64,000 bases of DNA from a virus (taxonomy: Duplodnaviria > Caudoviricetes), in IMG/VR virus record IMGVR_UViG_3300044904_000088, positions 519 to 64,518 of that record. One strand, given 5' to 3'. The notes under the pieces were generated by a model. That model was not told where the DNA came from, ran no database searches, and was given only the letters and a program-made list of their open reading frames with translations. Numbering within the stretch: the stretch's first letter is position 1; each line of letters starts with the position of its first letter. The position numbers and the translations under genes were made by a program. Shown here piece by piece: positions 9,793-17,899 of this stretch.

Positions 9793-10475
9793 GACGCCAC
9801 CGGGCCGGGGTACTGATGCTTGATCCGCTGGCGGATGCTGATTTGATGCATGCCGACGTTCGTTCCCTGTGCGCCGAGCCGTTCCAGCAGGGCGTGGCCG
9901 GCGACCATGCCCGGCACCTGGCCGATACGCATCCCAGCCGCGCGGAGGGCCATGCAGAAGTAGATATCCTGCTGGCCGAAGCGGCGGGCGTTGTCCTGTG
10001 GGCCCAGCTTCTTCTCCCAGCCCGCGCCGTGGTGGAAGTCGATGTACTGGTAGTCGGTGGAGAACCACGGCCGCGGCAGCTTCTCGAAGACCTCGCGGCG
10101 GATGAGGGTGCAACCGAGGCCGCACCATTCGATCTCACCCTTAGCGTCGCGCACCAGGCAGCCCCAACCGCTCTCAGCCGAGCCGACGGGATAGTCGACT
10201 GCCGCCACGTCCCAGCCCTCGTCCAGCAAGGCGATGCTCCGCTCCAGGGCATCTGCCGGCGGGATCACGTCTTCCTCTATGTACCAGAGGAGATCGGCGT
10301 TGCTCGCCATGCCCACCTCAGCCAGCCTCTCGTCGCAGTCTGGGATTGGTAGGTCGTGGGTAAAGTGCCAATCCCACAGCGGCATCGAGCGGGTATTGGC
10401 AAGCACCGCCTCGACCGTGCGGCTGTGAACAAGCCCACGGGAAGGCGTGAGAATGGCGATCGCCCGGTTGCTCAT
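9789..10475 (-). CDS. Glycosyltransferase, GT-A fold (GT2-like), copy 1
   Basis: ADLLWYIEEDV (DxD-like) and GLGCTLIRREVFEKL.RPWF..QDIYFC motifs. Confidence 0.75.
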   Translation of the reverse strand: MSNRAIAILTPSRGLVHSRTVEAVLANTRSMPLWDWHFTHDLPIPDCDERLAEVGMASNADLLWYIEEDVIPPADALERSIALLDEGWDVAAVDYPVGSAESGWGCLVRDAKGEIEWCGLGCTLIRREVFEKLPRPWFSTDYQYIDFHHGAGWEKKLGPQDNARRFGQQDIYFCMALRAAGMRIGQVPGMVAGHALLERLGAQGTNVGMHQISIRQRIKHQYPGPVAS

Positions 10476-11251
10476 GCCTTCACCAGATCCTTCGGCGCAG
10501 TCCATTCGGCCCACCATCTCGCCAAAGCGCCGTCGTCCATCGCCCCGAGCTCGCGCCAATGGAAGCCGACGCCCTCGGCGTACGGCGTGGCCTCAATGGC
10601 CATCCGTCCGTGGCGGACCTTGGCCCGCGTCTGCTCGAACGTCCGGTACGGGTAGTGGCGCAGCACGATCGGCTGGCCCTCGAAGCTGGCCGCGCCCACC
10701 ACCTTGGTGTAACGGGGCTCGCCCTCCAGCGCATGGTTGCCGACCATCGGGACGTTCCAAGCGCTGGGCCGCCAGACAACCTTCTGCTGGTTGGAGTAGC
10801 GCCGACGCCAGACGATGCGCTTGAACGGGTCGACCTCGTTCGGATCGTCGCTCCGCTGAGGCACCATCTCCCACGAGCCGACCGGCACGGAGCGGCCGGT
10901 GTGGGCGGCCAGGACGTCGGCGATCCGCTGGCCGGATGGGCAGAACCACATTTCGTCCGCGTCGAAAGCCAGGACCCACGAGGCACCACGCTCGACCGCA
11001 AGCGAGACAAGCCGTAAGGTCGTCTCTTGCTGGAGATAGGCCACGCGCGGTTCATCGACGATGATTAGGCGCCCACTCCCCACAGGATCTTGCAAGTCGG
11101 GCGTGGCCATCACCTCAAGGATGTCGCGGGTCCGGTCGGTCGAGTTGTTGTCAGCCACGATGACCAGGTCGCACTCGGCGAGCATGTGGCGGACGACATA
11201 CTCGACCACGTCCTCCTCGTTGCGCATCATGGCTACGGCCGCGACGGTCAT
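10472..11251 (-). CDS. Glycosyltransferase family 2 protein, copy 1
   Basis: MMRNEED..VIVADNNSTDRTRDIL..WVLAFDADE..LRHYPYRT.EQ. Confidence 0.85.
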   Translation of the reverse strand: MTVAAVAMMRNEEDVVEYVVRHMLAECDLVIVADNNSTDRTRDILEVMATPDLQDPVGSGRLIIVDEPRVAYLQQETTLRLVSLAVERGASWVLAFDADEMWFCPSGQRIADVLAAHTGRSVPVGSWEMVPQRSDDPNEVDPFKRIVWRRRYSNQQKVVWRPSAWNVPMVGNHALEGEPRYTKVVGAASFEGQPIVLRHYPYRTFEQTRAKVRHGRMAIEATPYAEGVGFHWRELGAMDDGALARWWAEWTAPKDLVKA

Positions 11252-11835
11252 AGGACGTCCGCCGTCATGGTCAGGCGCAGCGTCGCGCGGTAGGGAGCGA
11301 ACGGACCGTCGTCCGTAAGCGCGGCGATCTCCCGGCCGATAGCAGGCCGAATGTCGGTTCCGCACGCCGGGCACTTCATGTGGCTGGGCCGTTCGGGCGA
11401 TCGCATGCTCATGTGCCGGGCTGGCGGCCAGTGCCAGTGCGCCTCGTTGTATCCGGCGAGCCGAAGGTGGTTGATCCACGCCGAGTCGAGCGACTCCCAA
11501 TGGCGCGCCTTGATCTCATCCGGCAGGTTCGGTAGGCGGCGAGTGAAACTGCCCCGGTAACGGACCGTACCGTGCCAGCAGCCCCACGTCTCGTGCATAA
11601 AGTAGGGGAGGCCGCACCACTCGCGCGGGCAGCGCTCGAAACTCCAGACCGTACCTTCCGGCAGAACCATGTCCTGCTCTACGATCATGAAATCTTCGCC
11701 AGACAGCCAAGCCTCGCGCAGAAGACGCCAGTACGCCTCGGTGTCCTGAGGGTCGAGCCGGCTGCGCTCCGCCTCGGCCGGGAGCGCAGCGACCGCCTCG
11801 GGGAAGGATGTGACGTAGGGGTAGATCACGCGCAT
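11248..11835 (-). CDS. Glycosyltransferase-like protein with C-terminal CxxC, copy 1
   Basis: YWRLLREAW..DFMIVEQDMV (GT-A DxD-like); lies within the GT cluster. Confidence 0.55.
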   Translation of the reverse strand: MRVIYPYVTSFPEAVAALPAEAERSRLDPQDTEAYWRLLREAWLSGEDFMIVEQDMVLPEGTVWSFERCPREWCGLPYFMHETWGCWHGTVRYRGSFTRRLPNLPDEIKARHWESLDSAWINHLRLAGYNEAHWHWPPARHMSMRSPERPSHMKCPACGTDIRPAIGREIAALTDDGPFAPYRATLRLTMTADVL

Positions 11836-12272
11836 CGCGGCTTCCTCAGCACGGCGCGGCCCCACGGCCCCCACTCGGCCTCGCCGGTCTCCCACGAGAC
11901 CATCTCCCAGAGGTGGATGCCGTACTCGGCGTTGGCGACCATGCGCCCCGTGAAGTACCAGAAGGACTGCTCGACCCAGAAGCTGACGTGGGTCGGGTCC
12001 GCGACCGCCGCCCAGCTCGGGAACAGCGGCACGATGACCTCGAACGTGCCGCCGGGCTCCAGGACGCGCCAGACCTCGTTGAAGGCCTCAATGCGCTCCT
12101 GGCCGGCCGGCACGTGCTCCATGAGGTGCGAGCAGCGAGCGGCCTCAACGGAGTCGTGCTCGCACGGGATGCCGTCCTGGATGCGCCGCTGCATGACGCC
12201 CTGGCCGTGGATGGGGTCTAGATTCGTGAAGCCTTCGTTGAGCGCCAGGCCGCCGCCGATGTCGAGTTTCAT
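11826..12272 (-). CDS. SAM-dependent methyltransferase (Methyltransf_11-like), copy 1
   Basis: KLDIGGG..F.NLD..SHLMEHV..NEVWRVLEPGG..DPTH. Confidence 0.85.
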   Translation of the reverse strand: MKLDIGGGLALNEGFTNLDPIHGQGVMQRRIQDGIPCEHDSVEAARCSHLMEHVPAGQERIEAFNEVWRVLEPGGTFEVIVPLFPSWAAVADPTHVSFWVEQSFWYFTGRMVANAEYGIHLWEMVSWETGEAEWGPWGRAVLRKPRCA

Positions 12273-13135
12273 CAGTAGATGACGACCTCCTCATCTGTCC
12301 GCAAGGCCGCCAGGATGTCCTGCCGCTCGTCCTCCAAGCCGAAGCCCGCGCGCACCGGGTACTTCTCGCTCCATTCGCCGACCGTCTGCCCCTGCAGACC
12401 GGGGACGGAGTTGAGGTCGAGCTTGACGAGATGCAATTGCACGCGCTTCCGGCTGAGCGTGTCGTCGAACCGCGTGTACGTCACGGTGATGAGTTGGTTC
12501 GGGTACCAATAGCCGAAGCCAAAGGGATTGCCGAAGCCCCAGCCGCCCCAGCCCCACGCTGGGTTCGGGCCTGTGTTGAGGCGCCGGATCATGAGCCCGG
12601 TCCGCGACAGGATGTAGTCGGCCGGCTCCAGCGTTATGTCGCAGTCGATGACCTGCTGGATGCTCGAGGCCCGGTTATGGAGCATCAACAGATCGCCACC
12701 ACGGCGCTGGGCCGAGTGCATGTATAGCTCGGTGACGCTCCCCAGCGGCCCGACGGCCTTCTCGATCGCCTCCTGTTCGGAGTCGAGGTAGAACTGCAGC
12801 GCTTCGTCGGGCAACTCCGAGCGGACGACCTGCCGAAAATCGGCAACGCTGAGCAGCCCGGGCACCACGCCCGCCTCGAAGGCGGCCGAGTAATCAGAGA
12901 ACGACGAGCCAGCGGCGTCGGAGACGCGCGAGCGATACCAGGCACCGGGGTGCCCGGTCGGCGTCTCGTCGTCTATCGGGTAGAGGTACGTCCCAGACAC
13001 GAGCGCAGCGGTCGCGACTTCGGCCCATGGACCCGTGTTTGCTTCAGCCGACTCCACCCGGAGCAGCGCGCCGGTGCCATAGGCAATCAGCAGCGTGTCC
13101 GGATCCGAGATTACGAAGCTGACTTGCTGTCCCAC
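12272..13135 (-). CDS. Head-tail connector (gp6/gp15-like) with N-terminal beta-sandwich extension, copy 1
   Basis: LLSVADFRQ..DEALQFYLDSEQEAIE..ITVTYT; position after the capsid gene. Confidence 0.65.
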   Translation of the reverse strand: MGQQVSFVISDPDTLLIAYGTGALLRVESAEANTGPWAEVATAALVSGTYLYPIDDETPTGHPGAWYRSRVSDAAGSSFSDYSAAFEAGVVPGLLSVADFRQVVRSELPDEALQFYLDSEQEAIEKAVGPLGSVTELYMHSAQRRGGDLLMLHNRASSIQQVIDCDITLEPADYILSRTGLMIRRLNTGPNPAWGWGGWGFGNPFGFGYWYPNQLITVTYTRFDDTLSRKRVQLHLVKLDLNSVPGLQGQTVGEWSEKYPVRAGFGLEDERQDILAALRTDEEVVIY

Positions 13136-13295
13136 GCTAGAAGTCCTCGCACCAGTGCTCGCCAGCGAACCAGGTCATGCACCAACGGCAGTACAGCGCT
13201 CCGCACATTGCATTCGCCTTTCGTGCGCATTTCGTGCGCCAGAGACGCCGACGCCCCGCCCGATGCGGACGAGGCGCCGTACATTGCTCATCGAC

Positions 13296-13583
13296 TTACG
13301 CCGCCGACCGGATTGCGCCCTCGGGATCCGCTGATGCGGCCACGGTCTCTTGCCCTGCGGCCTTTGCCTCAGGCGCGGGCGCGGGTGAGGCGGCCGGCTG
13401 CGGCCTGGGCCCGATGGGCCCGAAGGTGGGCTCGAACGGATCGAAGGCATCCGGATGCCTGCGCAGGATCGGGTGCCCTTCGATGATGGTGTCGCCCTCG
13501 CGGACCCAGATGTTGCCGCCCACGAGGAACGTCTTGCGAGCTCGGTACAGCCCGAACTCTGTTCGGATCAGCTTCTCGGCCAT
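13296..13583 (-). CDS. Small head-associated protein, copy 1
   Basis: Follows the capsid gene; VREGDTI.EGHPILRRHPDAF plus Pro/Ala tail; conserved at 60696-60974. Confidence 0.6.
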   Translation of the reverse strand: MAEKLIRTEFGLYRARKTFLVGGNIWVREGDTIIEGHPILRRHPDAFDPFEPTFGPIGPRPQPAASPAPAPEAKAAGQETVAASADPEGAIRSAA

Positions 13584-13611
13584 CGGCCTTGTTCCCTTTC
13601 CGAACGGTGAG

Positions 13612-13636
13612 GCGGCGGCTGAGGGGCCGCCGCCGC
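13612..13636 (-). terminator. GC-rich hairpin downstream of the major capsid gene
   Basis: GCGGCGGC-TGAGGG-GCCGCCGC inverted repeat, also present at ~61003-61027; no U-tract. Confidence 0.4.
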
Positions 13637-13655
13637 GTTCAGCTAGTCGCTGCGG

Positions 13656-15155
13656 TTAGGAATGGGCCGCGAGCACGAAGGCGTTGGGGACGAGGAGCTT
13701 GGCGCCGGTGCGCCAGCGGCAGTAGATGCCGCGCTGGCCGAGCACGTTGCCGGACCCATCGAACATCTGCGGAATGAACTCCGTGGCCAGGCCGAGGCGG
13801 TCGACGACCACGTAGCCGGTGGCGAAGTCTCCGAAGACGTCGTAGTTCGTCTTGCTGGGCGTGCCGGCGAAGGTGGCGTCCATGTAGGAAGCCTCGAACA
13901 CCGGGTAGCCGTGCAGAGTCGCGGAGAGCGGGTCGTAGATGCTGTTGGCCGGCTGGCCCGCGACGCCCAACTGCCGGTACTTCTGGAGCATGCCGAGGTT
14001 GGCCATGTGAGCGGCGCGCCCGCCATTGCGGAAGCGCGGTCCCAAGGTCAGTTCCTGGAAGTCGAGGGCGTCCAGATCGAACGTCCCGCTCGTCACCAAC
14101 CTGGTCGGCGAGGCCGCGATCAGCGCCGTGACCAGGCCCCAGGGCTCGTTGGTGCCCGAGCCGGTGATGAACTTGTTGGCCTCGAGGACGTCCTTGGCGT
14201 CCGCGACGATCCGGCCGAGCTCGGAGCTGATCGCGGCGGCGCCGTAATCCTCCTGGTACTCGGCGGTGAACTGGACGAGCACGTGGCCCCGGACTGGAGT
14301 CACGGTGAGGTCCGTGAAGTCGGACGGCGCCACGTCCTGCGCTGCCGTGATTTCAGAAGCGGCATAGGCGGCCACTACGCCCGCCGTCGCGACAGGCTCC
14401 CAGGCCTTGGTGACGATCGTTTCGATGCGGGCGAGGGGCTGACCCGTTTTGGGGTTGGTCTGCCGCATCGGGCAGGCCGCGCCCACGTTGGTCAGGATGA
14501 AGGTCGGGTCGATGGTGAACGGGATGGCGTAGCCACCGTCCGCGCCGGTGTAGGTCTGCAAGGCAGCCTGCATCCGCGGCGTGAGGGAACTCAGGCCGCC
14601 AGTCGCGTAGCGCGCCCACGCCTCCTGGTACAGCGGATCGCTGGTGCCGAGGACGTGGCGGCTGACCCAGCCGTGCTCCTGGTCGGCATGCTTGGTGAGC
14701 AAGCGCTCGACGGCCGTCCGGAAGCGGTCGGCCTCGGTCGAGGTTTGCGCGGACGGGAAGGCGATCTTCTCGATGACCCGCTTGGCGCCGTCGCGGTAGG
14801 CCATCGGCAGGTCATCGATCGAACTGACCTGCTTGCGGTATGCCGCCAGGTCGTGGACGTTCTCCGGGACGCGAGGCTTGACGTTGAACAGCGGGAAGGC
14901 GGGGCCTTCGACGCCGGTGCCCTGCTCGCCAGCCAAGCGAGCGATGTCGGCCGAGCGGATCTCCAGCTCGTCGATACTGGCGCCGAACTGCTCGAGCAAG
15001 CCGCCCTTGCCCATGATCTGCTCGTATTCCTGGCGCTGCGTGTCCGTGAAGGGCTTGCCGTCCGCTAGGGCGTCGAGCTCCTTGACCCTGTCGCGCAACT
15101 CGGCATCGGCCGCCTTGAAGGCGTCGAGGCCACGAAGCGATCCGATGTCGATCAT
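13656..15155 (-). CDS. Major capsid protein, HK97 fold, copy 1
   Basis: N-terminal delta-like coiled coil; GGYAIP, FITGSGTNEPWG, VFGDF..Y.VVDR and RTG.K...AF motifs. Confidence 0.92.
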   Translation of the reverse strand: MIDIGSLRGLDAFKAADAELRDRVKELDALADGKPFTDTQRQEYEQIMGKGGLLEQFGASIDELEIRSADIARLAGEQGTGVEGPAFPLFNVKPRVPENVHDLAAYRKQVSSIDDLPMAYRDGAKRVIEKIAFPSAQTSTEADRFRTAVERLLTKHADQEHGWVSRHVLGTSDPLYQEAWARYATGGLSSLTPRMQAALQTYTGADGGYAIPFTIDPTFILTNVGAACPMRQTNPKTGQPLARIETIVTKAWEPVATAGVVAAYAASEITAAQDVAPSDFTDLTVTPVRGHVLVQFTAEYQEDYGAAAISSELGRIVADAKDVLEANKFITGSGTNEPWGLVTALIAASPTRLVTSGTFDLDALDFQELTLGPRFRNGGRAAHMANLGMLQKYRQLGVAGQPANSIYDPLSATLHGYPVFEASYMDATFAGTPSKTNYDVFGDFATGYVVVDRLGLATEFIPQMFDGSGNVLGQRGIYCRWRTGAKLLVPNAFVLAAHS

Positions 15156-16789
15156 CGCCGGTGTCTCCTTTGCATACGCTGGTTCCACTCCTTATCGGAG
15201 CGTCGGGTGGATGCGGCAATCGCCGCTGGTGCTAGGACGACCTCGCCCTGGTGGAGGATCGCCAAAGTGCCCGGCGCGAACTCGGAAGCCGCGCTGGTGT
15301 TCGTGGCCTTGGGCTTAGGCAGAAGACCGCGAACCGTGTCCTCGAGCGTGCCGATACGGTCGACCATTCCGGCAGCCTTGGCCTTGGCCGCGAGCAACGT
15401 TCGGCCACCGCCGTAGTCGGCCGCAACTGCCTCGGAAGTGGTCATGCGGCCCCTCGCGACGTCGCCGAGGAACATGCCGTAGAAGGTGTCGATCTGGTCC
15501 TGGAGGGCTGCCCGCGCGTCGTCAGTGAGCGGGGCGAAGCTGGAGAGCTCCGTCTTGTACGGGCCCGCCGAGACGAGCGTGATCGCCACGCCCTGCATCT
15601 CGAGGGCTTCGCTGTCGTCCTCGTGCGCCGCGAAGACACCGATCGAGCCGACCTCGCCCGAAGGCGTGCAGACGATCTGGTCGCACTGCGACGCGATCCA
15701 ATAGGCGGCCGAGGCGCAGAGGGTGTTGACGCAGGCGATGATCCGCTTGCCCTGGCCGACGACCGACCGCACGTAGGCAGCGAACTCGGGCACGCCATCG
15801 GTCGATCCGCCCGGCGAATCGATGTCGAAGACGATCGCGCTGATGGCGGTGTCCTTGAGCGCGTCGTCGAGGTCGGCCCGCATCGCCTCGACGCTCGTCC
15901 CTCCAGACATGTCCTCCATGAGCGACATCCGCTGGCTGAGCGCGCCGTACATCGGGATGATCGCCACCGAGCCGACGGCGCCGCCGCCGGTGCGGTCGCC
16001 GTTGAACTGCGCGGCTGCTGCGAGGCGCCGCTCGATCTCCTCGGAACTGAACCGGCCGCCAGCTGCCCGGAAGGAGACGAGCTCCGCGACCTGCTTCAGC
16101 TTCCGGGGCTCCATCGCCCAAGGCACGTCGAAGACGGCGCGGGCGATATGCACATACCGGCGGCCGGCCTTCTGGTACTCGGCCACGCTCCGATAGGGGA
16201 CGAAGCCGGTGCCCTTGAGCGTCGGCGGCTCGTAGTCCTCCTCGCCCTTGTGCGCGTCGCGCAGGTGGGCGACCAGATGGTCGTACACGCCGTGGCGGTT
16301 TGCCTCGGTCATGTCGCCAGGGCCGGCGCGACCGCCGTTGAGGACGCCGATGTGGTCGGAGCAGTGCTGCGTGCTGGCGGCTCCGATCGAGCCGTCCTGG
16401 TTCACGAAGTGGTGCTCGTAGGCGTAGTTGCTCTTGACCTCAGGGTTGCCGCCGGCGAAGTAGGCGAACAGCGCCTCGCACTTGGCCTGGGACCAAGCGT
16501 CGTCCGGGATCCGGCTCGACTGGTCTTCCCACGGATCGTCCGAGGTGGCTGTGTGGTGGGGCGGGATCGCGCGTGCTGGTAGGTCCTCTGGCTCAGCGGC
16601 GGCTACGCGTCTGTTCTCTTGCTGGACAAGCGTGACCACGGCGCGGCCGATACGCGTGGCGGCGACTGTCTCGGGATTGCTTTGGAGGGCGTGGGCGGGA
16701 CAGGCGCACTGATCGCAGTTGCAGACGTATGGATGCCCGCAGTCAGCGCATGCACCCGGCCAAGGAGTGGGCGCGGTGATCTTTGGCAT
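15152..16789 (-). CDS. Prohead protease, S49/SppA-ClpP-like, with long N-terminal extension, copy 1
   Basis: FDIDSPGGS, CASAAYWIAS, VGSIGV, SAGPYK, FLGDVARGR and GMVDRI motifs. Confidence 0.88.
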   Translation of the reverse strand: MPKITAPTPWPGACADCGHPYVCNCDQCACPAHALQSNPETVAATRIGRAVVTLVQQENRRVAAAEPEDLPARAIPPHHTATSDDPWEDQSSRIPDDAWSQAKCEALFAYFAGGNPEVKSNYAYEHHFVNQDGSIGAASTQHCSDHIGVLNGGRAGPGDMTEANRHGVYDHLVAHLRDAHKGEEDYEPPTLKGTGFVPYRSVAEYQKAGRRYVHIARAVFDVPWAMEPRKLKQVAELVSFRAAGGRFSSEEIERRLAAAAQFNGDRTGGGAVGSVAIIPMYGALSQRMSLMEDMSGGTSVEAMRADLDDALKDTAISAIVFDIDSPGGSTDGVPEFAAYVRSVVGQGKRIIACVNTLCASAAYWIASQCDQIVCTPSGEVGSIGVFAAHEDDSEALEMQGVAITLVSAGPYKTELSSFAPLTDDARAALQDQIDTFYGMFLGDVARGRMTTSEAVAADYGGGRTLLAAKAKAAGMVDRIGTLEDTVRGLLPKPKATNTSAASEFAPGTLAILHQGEVVLAPAAIAASTRRSDKEWNQRMQRRHRR

Positions 16790-16976
16790 GGAGCGAGCCT
16801 GAGGCGTGTCGGCATGCTCACGTCAAGACGTGTCGCCTGCTCATTTGCGGGGTGTCGGGTGATCAATTGCAGCGAAGTGGGCGTACAATCGGGCGGTCGG
16901 CTGTGCTGGAGCCGCTTTCTCATGCCCGGCCCTCGGCCAGTACCCGGGGACCGGGCTATCCGTCTGGAGGACGGGA

Positions 16977-17339
16977 ATGACTGCTGAAAGGGAGCAAAGA
17001 GAGCGACTCGCCCAACAGCGGGCCACGAGGCTCGGCCTCGAATTGGTGGGCAGAGGCAAGGTCCAGATTTTCTGTCCGGTGTGCGGGCAGAAGCACTGGC
17101 TTGCCACCGCCGCCGCGCGAACCCATCTGACGAGGCTGGAGCGGGCACTGCCGCTGGGTTACCTTGACGCCGTAAGGACGATTTCGGCCATGACCGACCA
17201 GATGGAGGAAGTCGCGCGCAAGCACCCTCGTCAACTTGTAGAAGTCTCGGTGGAACTGTTCGCGGATACCGTGTCGGACCCCCTCCGCGCACTCGCTACG
17301 AAGCTGCGAGGGCGATCCGCCAAGTTGCGCGAGGTCTAA
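16977..17339 (+). CDS. Moron gene 1, hypothetical with CPVC..H motif
   Basis: GGAGG RBS; opposite strand to the phage genes; first of three tightly packed ORFs. Confidence 0.55.
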   Translation: MTAEREQRERLAQQRATRLGLELVGRGKVQIFCPVCGQKHWLATAAARTHLTRLERALPLGYLDAVRTISAMTDQMEEVARKHPRQLVEVSVELFADTVSDPLRALATKLRGRSAKLREV

Positions 17340-17342
17340 ACG

Positions 17343-17636
17343 ATGCCAAAACCGCGCGAGGATGTGACCATCCCTCTCAGCCAAGGCGAGGCCGATGCGC
17401 TCGCCGATTGGCTCAAATGTCTCATCCCCGGTGAGCCAGTCAGTCGCAAGTTCCGGCTGGCCGTTACCGCTGAGATGTACGTCGCGGCCAACGACGCGGG
17501 GTGCCGTGCGCCCGTTCGCCGCGTCGCCGCCTTGCAGTCTTTGTCTTTCGAGGGGGCGTGGAACAAGATCGCCGAGGTGACGCCCGAGATGGCGTCGACC
17601 CCGTTCCCGGCGCTCGCTGGCGAGGGCGGAGGATGA
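17343..17636 (+). CDS. Moron gene 2, hypothetical
   Basis: Starts 3 nt after gene 1; GAGG RBS. Confidence 0.5.
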   Translation: MPKPREDVTIPLSQGEADALADWLKCLIPGEPVSRKFRLAVTAEMYVAANDAGCRAPVRRVAALQSLSFEGAWNKIAEVTPEMASTPFPALAGEGGG

Positions 17637-17899
17637 GCGTCGAGATGCAGCGCAGCGCCTACGTCACCGTTGCTGTCTCCCGCCAGTTGTGGTGGGAGGG
17701 GCCGAGATCCTTCTGGCGCCGGGACCTTCGGAAAATGCGGCAGGAGGCCCTGCGGGAGTTGGCCATCGAGGTGTCTGGACCATCCGTCGTTTCGGTCGTC
17801 GCCAGCCTCGCACTCCTGGAATTCACTTGGTTCTATGGCCCGACCCGACTGAGACTCCTAGAACGGGTCAGGCTAGACCAGGTGCCTCCCCGTAGGTGA
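17633..17899 (+). CDS. Moron gene 3, hypothetical
   Basis: ATGA overlap with gene 2; ends abutting the portal stop. Confidence 0.4.
   Translation: MSVEMQRSAYVTVAVSRQLWWEGPRSFWRRDLRKMRQEALRELAIEVSGPSVVSVVASLALLEFTWFYGPTRLRLLERVRLDQVPPRR

Noticed and set aside
10120-10150. TCGATCTCA-N9-TCG match to the guide core
   Set aside because: Lacks the closing CCA and a flanking stem; lies in a GT coding region and is changed in copy 2.
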